DNA of 32,000 bases from Candidatus Saccharimonadota bacterium (GTDB lineage Bacteria > Pseudomonadota > Gammaproteobacteria > Enterobacterales > Enterobacteriaceae), in the NCBI RefSeq assembly GCF_012562765.1, contig NZ_CP046226.1, positions 1-32,000 on the forward strand, given 5' to 3'. The notes beneath the pieces were generated by a model. The model had not been told where the DNA came from and ran no database searches. It saw only the letters and a list, made by a program, of their open reading frames with translations. Shown piece after piece: positions 13,619-22,864 of the stretch. The position numbers and the translations under genes are program-made. The number at the start of each line of letters is the position of its first letter. Position 1 is the stretch's first letter.

Positions 13619-14782
13619 TTAACGATATTTATTAGCATAAGAAAATGCTCTATCCAAGTCAGATATTAAATCATTTGAATCTTCAATTCCCACAGATATT
13701 CTTAATAATAAATCAGAAATTTTTGCTTGTAACATTTCTTGTTTTGTTATACAAGCATGAGTCATAGTTGCTGAATGAGAAATTAAACTTTCTACTCCTC
13801 CTAATGATTCTGCTAAAGTAAATAATTTTAATGAATTTAAAAAAACACTCAACATTTTTTTAGAACCATTAAAATCAAAACTTAATATAGCTCCAAATCC
13901 TTTTTGTTGAATTTTTGCTATTTTATGTCCAATATTACTATTTAGTGATGGATGGTATATTTTTTTTACTAATTTTTGAGTTTTTAAATATTTAATAATA
14001 ATTAAAGCATTTTTTTCTGCATTCTGTAATCTAGGATATAATGTTCGAATACCTCTAAGTAATAAATAACTATCAAAAATTGAACTAGTTACTCCTATAT
14101 TATTACTCCACCAAGATAATTCTTCAATAATTTTTATATTTTTAGATATAATAGCACCTGCTATTATATCAGAATGACCATTTAAATATTTTGTACATGA
14201 ATGAACTACTAAATCTGCTCCTAAATTTAATGGATTTTGAAAAACAGGACTAAGTAATGTATTATCTATTACACTAAGTGCTCCTGAATTACGTATTTCA
14301 TTACAGTAATCAGTAATATCAACTACATTTAATAATGGATTACTAGGACTTTCTATAAAAACCATTTTAGGTTTATCTAATAAAACAGATAATAATTGAT
14401 TTTTATCATACATCGTTATAAATTTTACTTTATATATTCCCTTATTTAAAAGACTTTTAAATAATCGATAACTTCCACCATAACAATCATTAGGACAAAT
14501 TAATAAATCACCTGGTTTTAATATTGATGTAATTATTAAATATATTGCAGACATACCACTATTAGTAATAATTGATCCTAATCCATTTTCTAATGATGAT
14601 ATAACATTTTGTAATATATCTCTTGTAGGGTTACTTTTTCTAGAATAATCATGTTTTCTAGGATTATTAAAACTACTAAAATTATAAGTAGTCGTTAAAT
14701 ATATTGGAGGAATAACAGAACCATATTGTTTATCTGTATTTAAACCATTATGTATGGATATAGTTTTTTTATTATAATTCAT
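13619..14782 (-). CDS. metB: Cystathionine gamma-synthase (Cys/Met-metabolism PLP enzyme; best match MetB)
   Basis: Collinear with remembered E. coli MetB (G.N.D.QYG.V.PPI.L..TYNF, HDYSR..NPTRD, CYGGSYRLF, ESPSNPLL.VVDI, HSCTKYLNGHSD with the PLP Lys, FTLAESLGGVESLISH.ATMTHA). The MetB/MetC/CGL subfamily call is less certain than the family call. Confidence 0.8.
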   Translation of the reverse strand: MNYNKKTISIHNGLNTDKQYGSVIPPIYLTTTYNFSSFNNPRKHDYSRKSNPTRDILQNVISSLENGLGSIITNSGMSAIYLIITSILKPGDLLICPNDCYGGSYRLFKSLLNKGIYKVKFITMYDKNQLLSVLLDKPKMVFIESPSNPLLNVVDITDYCNEIRNSGALSVIDNTLLSPVFQNPLNLGADLVVHSCTKYLNGHSDIIAGAIISKNIKIIEELSWWSNNIGVTSSIFDSYLLLRGIRTLYPRLQNAEKNALIIIKYLKTQKLVKKIYHPSLNSNIGHKIAKIQQKGFGAILSFDFNGSKKMLSVFLNSLKLFTLAESLGGVESLISHSATMTHACITKQEMLQAKISDLLLRISVGIEDSNDLISDLDRAFSYANKYR

Positions 14783-14963
14783 AATTTTATCTATAAATAA
14801 TTTTAATTATTACTCAATGATTAATAATCGTAATTTATCATAAATTTACATATAAATAAATCTAACTATTTATATTTAAATTTTAAATAATTAATAACTA
14901 AATATAATTTTTATAGATATAAATAATATTATATTAAAAATAATTAATTATAAAATTAATTAT

Positions 14964-15036
14964 TGGGTCGTGCAGGATTTGAACCTGCGACCAATTGATT
15001 AAAAGTCAACTGCTCTACCAACTGAGCTAACGACCC
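14964..15036 (-). tRNA. lysV: tRNA-Lys (anticodon UUU)
   Basis: The reverse complement GGGTCGTTAGCTCAGTTGGTAGAGCAGTTGACTTTTAATCAATTGGTCGCAGGTTCAAATCCTGCACGACCCA is essentially identical to the E. coli tRNA-Lys genes. No CCA is encoded. Confidence 0.95.
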
Positions 15037-15051
15037 TATTAAATTTTAATA

Positions 15052-15124
15052 TGGGTGATGACGGACTCGAACCGCCGACAACCTCCTTGTAAGGGAGGGA
15101 CTCTACCAACTGAGCTAATCACCC
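15052..15124 (-). tRNA. valU: tRNA-Val (anticodon UAC)
   Basis: The reverse complement GGGTGATTAGCTCAGTTGGTAGAGTCCCTCCCTTACAAGGAGGTTGTCGGCGGTTCGAGTCCGTCATCACCCA has anticodon loop CTTACAA. The Val-Lys tRNA cluster is divergent from gltX, as in E. coli. No CCA is encoded. Confidence 0.95.
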
Positions 15125-15271
15125 TAATAAATAATATTATTATGCTATAATTAAAAATAGAAATAAGTCAATATATTTTAATAAAAATTTAATAAAAAAT
15201 CAAATTTTATTTATTTATATAATATAATAATCAAATATTTAAATTATAATAATTATAAAATAAGATATTTT

Positions 15272-16699
15272 ATGGTAATAAAAACTCGTTTTGCACCAAG
15301 TCCTACTGGTAATTTACATATTGGAAGTATTCGTACAGCTTTATATTCTTGGTTATTTGCTAAAAAAAATTTAGGTAGTTTTATTCTAAGAATAGAAGAT
15401 ACTGATATTAAAAGATATAAAAAAAACTCTATTAAAAATATTATAGATGGATTAAAATGGTTAAGTATTAATTGGGATGAGGGACCTTATTTTCAAAGTA
15501 AAAGAATTGATAGATATAATTATATTATTGATAATATGATTAAAAAAAAGTTAGCATATAAGTGTTATTGTTCTAAAGAACAATTAGAAGAAAGTAAAAG
15601 AAAACAAATTTTAACAGGGGAAAAAGTAAAATATAATGGTAAATGTCGTAATTTAAATAATCTTATTTATAGAGATAAACAACCATTTGTAGTAAGATTT
15701 CGCAATCCTGATACTGGTACAGTAAAATTTAAAGATAAGATACGTGGTATTATTACATTTAATAATAATGAATTAGATGATTTAATTATAAAAAGAACTG
15801 ATGGTATTCCTACTTATAATTTTTGTGTAGTTATTGATGATTGGGATATGGGAATTACACATGTTATTAGAGGAGAAGATCATATAAATAATACTCCTAG
15901 ACAAATTAATATAATTAAATCTATAGGAGCTAAAATACCAATATATGCACATGTTTCAATGATTTTAAATGAATCAGGAGAAAAAATTTCAAAGAGATTT
16001 AGTAATATTAATATCTTACAATATAAAAAAGAAGGTTACTTACCAGAAGCATTATTAAATTATATTATCCGTTTAGGATGGTCTCATGGTAATAGAGAAA
16101 TTTTTTCGTTAAATGATATGAAACAATTATTTAATTTAAATAATATTAGTAAATCACCTAGTATTTTAAATACTAATAAGTTAAATTGGTTAAATAAATA
16201 TTATCTAAGTAAATTACCTAAAAAATATATGATCAATTATTTAACTAATTTTTTTGAAAAAAAAAATATTAATATAAATAATGGTCCTAAAATAAATGAT
16301 TTATACGACCTCTTTAATAAGAGATGTAATACTTTAAAAGAATTAAGTAATTTATGCTATATATTTTATAATACTCCTAATTATTCAAAAATTCATGCAA
16401 TAAATAAATATTTAAATTTAGAAACAAAAAATATTTTAAATAAATTATTAAAAAAATTTACGTTAATTAATATATGGTCATTATTAATTATTAGTTCTTC
16501 AATAAAAGAAATATCTATGGAATTAAATTTAAATTTTCCTAAAATAGCTATGCCATTAAGATTAGCTATAACTGGTATGGTTAATAGTCCTCCTATTAAT
16601 GATATAATATATTTAATGGGAAAAAATAAAGTTTTACAACATATTAATAATGCAATAAATTTTATTATATTAAATAATAAAAAAAATTATAAAAAATAA
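15272..16699 (+). CDS. gltX: Glutamyl-tRNA synthetase
   Basis: TRFAPSPTG.LHIGS (HIGH motif), RIEDTD, CYC...C Zn-site cysteines, IPTYNF.VVIDD, THVIRGEDH..NTPRQ and KISKR (KMSKS-type). Confidence 0.95.
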   Translation: MVIKTRFAPSPTGNLHIGSIRTALYSWLFAKKNLGSFILRIEDTDIKRYKKNSIKNIIDGLKWLSINWDEGPYFQSKRIDRYNYIIDNMIKKKLAYKCYCSKEQLEESKRKQILTGEKVKYNGKCRNLNNLIYRDKQPFVVRFRNPDTGTVKFKDKIRGIITFNNNELDDLIIKRTDGIPTYNFCVVIDDWDMGITHVIRGEDHINNTPRQINIIKSIGAKIPIYAHVSMILNESGEKISKRFSNINILQYKKEGYLPEALLNYIIRLGWSHGNREIFSLNDMKQLFNLNNISKSPSILNTNKLNWLNKYYLSKLPKKYMINYLTNFFEKKNININNGPKINDLYDLFNKRCNTLKELSNLCYIFYNTPNYSKIHAINKYLNLETKNILNKLLKKFTLINIWSLLIISSSIKEISMELNLNFPKIAMPLRLAITGMVNSPPINDIIYLMGKNKVLQHINNAINFIILNNKKNYKK

Positions 16700-16726
16700 T
16701 TACATACTAAATAATAATAAAATATT

Positions 16727-16760
16727 GATAGGCGGGATATATATCCGCTTATCTCTTTTT
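16727..16760. terminator. Intrinsic terminator hairpin between convergent gltX and hspQ (probably bidirectional)
   Basis: gataggcgg(g)at-atat-atccgcttatc forms a stem of about 11 bp with a 4-bp G/C core. It is followed by tcttttt on the plus strand and by aatatttta on the minus strand. It is the only G/C-cored intergenic hairpin I found in the window. Confidence 0.55.
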
Positions 16761-16774
16761 ACAATTTAATAAAA

Positions 16775-17098
16775 TTAATTTCTTAATTTAGGTGTTATTA
16801 ACTGTTTTTTAATAGAAGCTGATAGTTCATCTAATGATGAATGTTCAGGATGTTCATATTCTAATGGTTCTCCTGAAAGTTGTGCTTCTGCTAAATATGT
16901 ATGTACAGGTTGTCCTGTATCATCTTCCATTACTACGTGATACCATGGTTTATTACGTAATGTTTTACTCTTTGCAACTTCATCAATTTTAGGATCTCTT
17001 AGTGAATATTCAGGATCAACATCAATTATAACTCCTAAAAAACCTAATAATTTATGTCTTACCTGTTGACCAATACCAAATTTACTGGTAATCATCAT
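16775..17098 (-). CDS. hspQ: Heat-shock protein HspQ (YccV; hemimethylated-DNA-binding domain)
   Basis: [46 protein letters not shown] and KQL..P.LRN are collinear with remembered E. coli HspQ. Confidence 0.9.
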   Translation of the reverse strand: MMITSKFGIGQQVRHKLLGFLGVIIDVDPEYSLRDPKIDEVAKSKTLRNKPWYHVVMEDDTGQPVHTYLAEAQLSGEPLEYEHPEHSSLDELSASIKKQLITPKLRN

Positions 17099-17283
17099 TT
17101 AGCTCCTAATAATTAATAGAATAATTATATTTTTATTTATATATTATAAATAATATTTATATAAAATTAATAAATTATAACTATCTTGAAATAAAATTTC
17201 TTTTAATATAACATATATTTATATTATTTAGATAAATTTAAAATAATCAATATATAAATTTCATTTTTTTAGAGATTTAATTA

Positions 17284-18357
17284 ATGACAAGACCTATTTT
17301 TGCTGTTATTAATACTAATGCATTAAAACATAATTTAAAATTAATAAAAAATATAATATCTAAATCAAAAATTTGGTCAGTAATAAAAGCCAATGCATAT
17401 GGACATGGTATTAAAAATATTTGGGAAAGTTTAATACAAACAGATGGTTTTGCAGTATTAACTTTAGATGAAGCTATTTTATTAAGAAAATGTGGTTGTA
17501 ATAAACCTATTCTTTTATTAGAAGGTTTTTTTAGTATTAAAGATTTGGATGTGATATATAAATATCATATAACAATTACTATACATAGTAATTGGCAATT
17601 AAAAATGTTATTATTAAATAAACCAAAATATCCTATTGATATATATATAAAAATTAATAGTGGTATGAATAGGTTAGGATTTAACATAAAATATATTCCT
17701 ACAGTAATAAATATTATTGATAAAATCAAAATAAAAAATATTACTTTTATGGCACATTTTGCTAATGCATCTAAAAAATCTTATAATATAGTAAATAATA
17801 CTATTAACTATATAAATAATTATATAGATAAATATAATTATTTACGTTCATTTGCTAATTCTGCTGCCATATTATGGCATCCACAAACACATTATGATTG
17901 GGTAAGACCAGGAATAATATTATATGGAGCATCTCCTACTGGAAATTGGAAAGATATAAAAAAAAATAAAATTATTCCTGTCATGACATTAAATAGTGAA
18001 ATAATTAGTATACAAAAATTATTACCAGGAAATACCGTAGGATATAATTATTCATATTATACTAATAAATATCGTCGTATAGGAATTGTAGCATGTGGTT
18101 ATGCTGATGGATATCCTAAAAATATATCTGATAATACTCCAGTTTTAGTAGATGGCCATATAACAAAAATTTTAGGTGATGTTTCTATGGATATGATTGC
18201 AGTAGATTTAATAAATATTCCAACTGCAAATATTGGAAGTAAAGTAGAATTATGGGGAGAAAATATTAAAATAGATAATATTGCTCAATCAGCAAATACT
18301 ATTGGTTATGAATTAATGTGTTCTTTATCTAAAAGAGTACCTATTGTTATCAAATAA
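17284..18357 (+). CDS. alr: Alanine racemase
   Basis: VIKANAYGHG (PLP-Lys motif), MNRLGF, RPGI.LYG.SP, GYADGYP and GDVSMDM..VDL, about 357 aa. Alr versus DadX cannot be resolved by eye. Confidence 0.88.
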   Translation: MTRPIFAVINTNALKHNLKLIKNIISKSKIWSVIKANAYGHGIKNIWESLIQTDGFAVLTLDEAILLRKCGCNKPILLLEGFFSIKDLDVIYKYHITITIHSNWQLKMLLLNKPKYPIDIYIKINSGMNRLGFNIKYIPTVINIIDKIKIKNITFMAHFANASKKSYNIVNNTINYINNYIDKYNYLRSFANSAAILWHPQTHYDWVRPGIILYGASPTGNWKDIKKNKIIPVMTLNSEIISIQKLLPGNTVGYNYSYYTNKYRRIGIVACGYADGYPKNISDNTPVLVDGHITKILGDVSMDMIAVDLINIPTANIGSKVELWGENIKIDNIAQSANTIGYELMCSLSKRVPIVIK

Positions 18358-18455
18358 ATATTTTTTATTATATAAATTTTATTAAATTATATAAAAATAA
18401 ATATTTAAATTAAAATTTTATTAAGATAAATATCTAAATATTTTTTAGAGGATAT

Positions 18456-20312
18456 ATGAATATTATTAGTACATCTAAAAAAAAAAATGTACTAGAAGTA
18501 AAAAATCTTGGCATTAGTTTATTAAATAAAAATAATGATTTAATTAAAATTATTCATAATATATCATTTAATACATATTTAAACGAAGTATTAGCTATTA
18601 TTGGTGAATCAGGATCAGGTAAATCCGTTACTTCATTATCTATAATGCGTTTAATTGAATTTTATGGTGGAAAAATTATTAATGGTAATATTTTTTTATA
18701 TACAAAAAAAAATAAGAAGATAGATTTAACTAAATTAAAATTATCAAATTTAAATAAAATTAGAGGATCAGAAATATCTATGGTTTTTCAAGATCCTTTT
18801 AGTAGTCTTAATCCTTTATTTAAAATAGGAGAACAAATAACAGAAGTAATTCAACTACATCAACATAAAAGTTATAGTAATTCATTAAATGAAGCAAAAA
18901 AATTATTAGATTTAGTACAAATTCCTAATATTAATAATATAATTAATTATTATCCTTATCAATTATCTGGAGGAATGTTACAAAGAATATGTATTGCTAT
19001 AGCAATATCATGTTATCCAACTATTTTAATAGCTGATGAACCTACAACAGCCTTAGATACTATATTACAAAAAGAATTATTAAAATTAATAAAAGATATA
19101 AAAAAAGAAAGAAATATGGGAGTAATTTTTATTACACATAATTTAGGTTTAATTAATTTAATAGCAGATCAAGTTATTATTATGTATAAAGGAAAAATAG
19201 TAGAAAACTCTTCTGTATTTAATATTTTACAAAACCCTAAACATAAATATACTCAATATTTATTGAAAAATTATCCTAAATTTATTTTAAATAAAAATAA
19301 AAAATTTTTTTATACTATAAAATATAGTTCATTATATAATAAATATGTATCTGATAAAACTATAATTAAAAAAAAAATACCACTTTTAAAAATAAAAAAT
19401 ATTATTACTCGTTTTAATATAAAAAATAATTTTTTTAATAAAATATCACATCAAATATATGCTGTAGAAAGAGTTAGTTTTCATTTATATAAAGGTGAAA
19501 CATTATCTATAATTGGTGAATCTGGATGTGGAAAATCAACAATAATAAAATCTATTTTTAATTTAGTAGATAGTCAAATCAAATTATTTTTACTTAATAA
19601 TAAAACAATAAATTTATATAATCCAAAAGATTTATTATATATTAAAAAAAATATACAATGTATTTTTCAAAATTCATATACATCTCTGAATCCTAAAAAA
19701 AATATTGGTTATTCTATAATGGAACCATTATTAGTACATAATGTATTATTAACACATAATCAATTAATAAAACGGGTAAAATATTTACTTAAATGTGTAG
19801 GATTAAAATCTAATTTTATAAATCGTTATCCTAAAGAATGTTCTGGAGGACAACGTCAAAGAATTTGTATAGCTAGAGCATTAGCAATTCAACCTCAAAT
19901 TATAATAGCTGATGAATCATTTTCATCTTTAGATATTATAATACAATCTAAAATATTTAATTTAATACTTGAATTACAAAATAATTTTAATATATCATTT
20001 ATAATAATATCTCATGATATTACAATGATAAAACGTATTAGTCATCGTATTGCAATAATGTATCTAGGTGAAATAATAGAAATTGGTCCTTCAAAATCAA
20101 TTTTTGAAAATCCTCAACATGATTATACTAAAAGATTAATATTTTCAATATTTAATATGCATGTAAAAAATAACGAATATTCTAATATATTAGAATATTC
20201 TAACAATTTTAAAAAAAAAAATATTTTTCCTATTGGAACTATATTACCAAAAAAAAATTTTATCAAAGTAGGTATAGATCATTATGTAATACAAAGATCT
20301 AATAATATTTAA
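18456..20312 (+). CDS. gsiA: Glutathione/peptide ABC importer, fused double ATPase (GsiA-like)
   Basis: Two complete nucleotide-binding domains: Walker A GESGSGKS / GESGCGKS, signatures LSGGMLQR / CSGGQRQR, Walker B ILIADEPTTALD / IIIADESFSSLD, and H-loops ITHN / ISHD. Size and first-in-operon position match E. coli gsiA (yliA). Confidence 0.85.
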   Translation: MNIISTSKKKNVLEVKNLGISLLNKNNDLIKIIHNISFNTYLNEVLAIIGESGSGKSVTSLSIMRLIEFYGGKIINGNIFLYTKKNKKIDLTKLKLSNLNKIRGSEISMVFQDPFSSLNPLFKIGEQITEVIQLHQHKSYSNSLNEAKKLLDLVQIPNINNIINYYPYQLSGGMLQRICIAIAISCYPTILIADEPTTALDTILQKELLKLIKDIKKERNMGVIFITHNLGLINLIADQVIIMYKGKIVENSSVFNILQNPKHKYTQYLLKNYPKFILNKNKKFFYTIKYSSLYNKYVSDKTIIKKKIPLLKIKNIITRFNIKNNFFNKISHQIYAVERVSFHLYKGETLSIIGESGCGKSTIIKSIFNLVDSQIKLFLLNNKTINLYNPKDLLYIKKNIQCIFQNSYTSLNPKKNIGYSIMEPLLVHNVLLTHNQLIKRVKYLLKCVGLKSNFINRYPKECSGGQRQRICIARALAIQPQIIIADESFSSLDIIIQSKIFNLILELQNNFNISFIIISHDITMIKRISHRIAIMYLGEIIEIGPSKSIFENPQHDYTKRLIFSIFNMHVKNNEYSNILEYSNNFKKKNIFPIGTILPKKNFIKVGIDHYVIQRSNNI

Positions 20313-20342
20313 ATTTAAAAATTAAATTAAGGTAAATAAATA

Positions 20343-21884
20343 ATGAGAATAAAAAATAATATAAAATATATATTATTTATTGTTTTTTTTATATTTAATA
20401 ATATGTTATTTGCTAATACAAAAGACATAATAATAGCTATTGGTTCAGATTTAACTACTTTAGAACCATATGATGCTAATGATACATTATCACAAAATAT
20501 TGCTAAATCATTTTATCAAGGATTATTTGAATTTGATAAAAATATGAAAATAAAAAATGTATTAGCAAATAATTATAAAATAAAAAAAAATGGATATATT
20601 TGGATTATTTATTTAAAATCTGGTATTAAATTTCATGATAATACTAATTTTAATGCTCATGCTGTTAAAATTAATTTTGATCGTTTTAAAAATAAAAAAA
20701 ATAATTTTAAAAGATATAGTCTCTTTAATATTATTGATAAAGTTATAATTTTAAATAATTTAACAGTAAAATTTATTTTAAAACAACCAATGTCTTCATT
20801 TATTAATATTTTGGCACATCCAGCAGCTGTTATAGTATCACCTAATGCTATAAATAAGTATGGTAAAAATATTAAATTTCATCCAGTAGGAACTGGACCG
20901 TATATTTTTATTAAATGGTCTTCCAAAGAATATTTAAAAGTTAAAAAATGGAATAAATTTTGGAAAAAAAAATATCCTAAAATAGATAATATTACTTGGT
21001 TATCAGTATTAGATAATAATAGTAGAGTAATAATGTTAAAAAATGGAGAGGTAGATCTTGCTTATCCTATTTCTGCAGAACAAGTAAAATTTTTAAAAAA
21101 AAATTCTTCTAATATTAATATATCTATAGTTAATTCAATTATGCAAAGATATATTAGTTTTAATGTTACTAAATCTCCTTTTAATAATCTAAAAATTAGA
21201 GAAGCAATTAATTATGCTATTAATCGTAATATTTTAATAAAAGTTGCTTTTTCTGGATACGCTATACCATCCAATGGAATTACATCTCCTTTAATAAAAT
21301 ATTCAATAAAATATCCAAAAATTAAATATAATCCTAAAAAATCAAGAAAACTCTTAAAAGAAGCTGGTTATCCTAATGGATTTAATACTATATTATGGTC
21401 TTCACATAATAATAGTACATCATTAAAAGTATTGCAAATTATCCAACAACAACTATCATTAGTAGGTATCCATGTTAGAATATTTGCTTTAAATACAGAA
21501 CAAAGAGTTACACAAGTAGAATCTAAAAATAAAAAATATAGTGAATTATTAATGTTGTATACAGGATGGTCTCCTTCTACAGGAGAGATTAATTGGGCTT
21601 TAACTCCATTATTTTCAACATTATCTTTTCCTCCAAAATTATTTAATACTTCTTTTTATAGTAATAATATTGTAGATAAAATATTAATTAATGCTAATAA
21701 AACAACTAATATCTTTGTAAAAAAAATATTATATAAAAAAATACAAGATATTATCTGGCATGATAAACCATGGGTTCCATTAGTAATAGAAAAATTAATC
21801 GTTGCTTATAATAAAAAATTAATTAATTTTTATATACAACCTGATGGAGGATTTGATTTTACTGAAGTTGATAAAATATATTAA
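20343..21884 (+). CDS. gsiB: Periplasmic glutathione-binding protein (SBP family 5), GsiB-like
   Basis: Signal peptide ending LFA. Long collinear match to remembered E. coli GsiB (TTL.PYDANDTLSQ..AKSFYQGLF, FINILAHPA, HPVGTGPY, IMQRYIS.NVT..PF, EA.NYAINR, EAGYPNGF.T.LWSSHN, YTGWS.STGE..WAL.PLF, LFNT.FYSN). Confidence 0.85.
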   Translation: MRIKNNIKYILFIVFFIFNNMLFANTKDIIIAIGSDLTTLEPYDANDTLSQNIAKSFYQGLFEFDKNMKIKNVLANNYKIKKNGYIWIIYLKSGIKFHDNTNFNAHAVKINFDRFKNKKNNFKRYSLFNIIDKVIILNNLTVKFILKQPMSSFINILAHPAAVIVSPNAINKYGKNIKFHPVGTGPYIFIKWSSKEYLKVKKWNKFWKKKYPKIDNITWLSVLDNNSRVIMLKNGEVDLAYPISAEQVKFLKKNSSNINISIVNSIMQRYISFNVTKSPFNNLKIREAINYAINRNILIKVAFSGYAIPSNGITSPLIKYSIKYPKIKYNPKKSRKLLKEAGYPNGFNTILWSSHNNSTSLKVLQIIQQQLSLVGIHVRIFALNTEQRVTQVESKNKKYSELLMLYTGWSPSTGEINWALTPLFSTLSFPPKLFNTSFYSNNIVDKILINANKTTNIFVKKILYKKIQDIIWHDKPWVPLVIEKLIVAYNKKLINFYIQPDGGFDFTEVDKIY

Positions 21885-21901
21885 TTCAAATATTATAATT
21901 T

Positions 21902-22828
21902 ATGTTCACTTTTATATTTAAAAAAATCATAGAAACAATTATTTTAATATTTATTGTTATTTTTATAATATTTACAATATCTCATATATTACCAGGAGAT
22001 CCTGTTAGTTTAATGAGTAATCCTGAAGTTAGTCATATTACAATTAAAAATATACGTACTGAATTAGGATTAGATCAAAATTTTATTACACAATTCATAT
22101 ATTTTTTAAAAAATATTATACATGGAAATTTAGGATATTCATTTATTTCTAAAAAATCTGTATTAGAAGAAATTTTACCAAAGTTTTTAAACACATTTTA
22201 TTTAACAATAATAAGTATCATAATAGGATCTATTACTGGAATTTTATTAGGAGTATTTAGTTGTATAAAAAATAATAGTTATATTGATTATATAATAAAT
22301 ATATTTACTATAGCAGGTATATCATTTCCTCCTTTTATAATTGGATTTTTATTAATATATTTTTTTTCTATAAAAAATAATTTTATTTCAATTAATAATA
22401 ATCATTCTTATATTTATATTTTACCTATTATTACTCTTAGTATTACTGTTATATCAATTATTACTAGAATTACTAAAATATCTTTACAAAATATTATAAA
22501 AGAAAACTATATTTGTAGTGCAAGAGCTAATGGTATTAGTGAATATAAAATTTTTATAAAACATGCATTACGTAATGCTATGATTCCAATAATTACTATT
22601 ATTGGTTTAGAATTTGGTTTTTTATTAAGTGGATCTATTACAGTAGAAATAATATTTAATTTACCTGGTATGGGAAAATTATTATTAGATGCTATAGAAA
22701 TGAGAGATTATCCTATAATACAAGCTTCAATAATATTATTTTCAATAGAATTTATATTAATTAATATAATTTTAGATTTTATCTATAAATTAATTAATCC
22801 TAAACTTAAAAATAAATTTATTATATAA
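21902..22828 (+). CDS. gsiC: ABC importer permease GsiC-like
   Basis: Multi-TM BPD-transporter permease. LPGDP, LGLDQ, ISFP.F..G.LLI, ARA.G.SE......H.LRNAMIP, P.GMG.LL.D..EMRDYP.IQA..LLFS.EFILIN match E. coli GsiC. Confidence 0.82.
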   Translation: MFTFIFKKIIETIILIFIVIFIIFTISHILPGDPVSLMSNPEVSHITIKNIRTELGLDQNFITQFIYFLKNIIHGNLGYSFISKKSVLEEILPKFLNTFYLTIISIIIGSITGILLGVFSCIKNNSYIDYIINIFTIAGISFPPFIIGFLLIYFFSIKNNFISINNNHSYIYILPIITLSITVISIITRITKISLQNIIKENYICSARANGISEYKIFIKHALRNAMIPIITIIGLEFGFLLSGSITVEIIFNLPGMGKLLLDAIEMRDYPIIQASIILFSIEFILINIILDFIYKLINPKLKNKFII

Positions 22829-22864
22829 TTAATAAATAAATTAATTTATTTAGGTTTTTTATTA

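Noticed and set aside
13619-14782. Alternative call of this PLP enzyme as cystathionine beta-lyase MetC
   Set aside because: Its length of 387 aa and its collinearity with my recollection of E. coli MetB, especially the N-terminal YG.V.PPI...TYNF and HDYSR..NPTRD blocks, favour MetB. Residual uncertainty is reflected in the confidence score.
17185-17214. CTTGAAA at 17185-17191 as a sigma-32 -35 element in the hspQ/alr divergent region
   Set aside because: It is on the alr strand, not the hspQ strand. No CCCCAT-like -10 follows at 13-15 nt. At best it is a weak sigma70 TTGAAA-N17-TAACAT candidate, which is not supportable in 90%+ A/T DNA.
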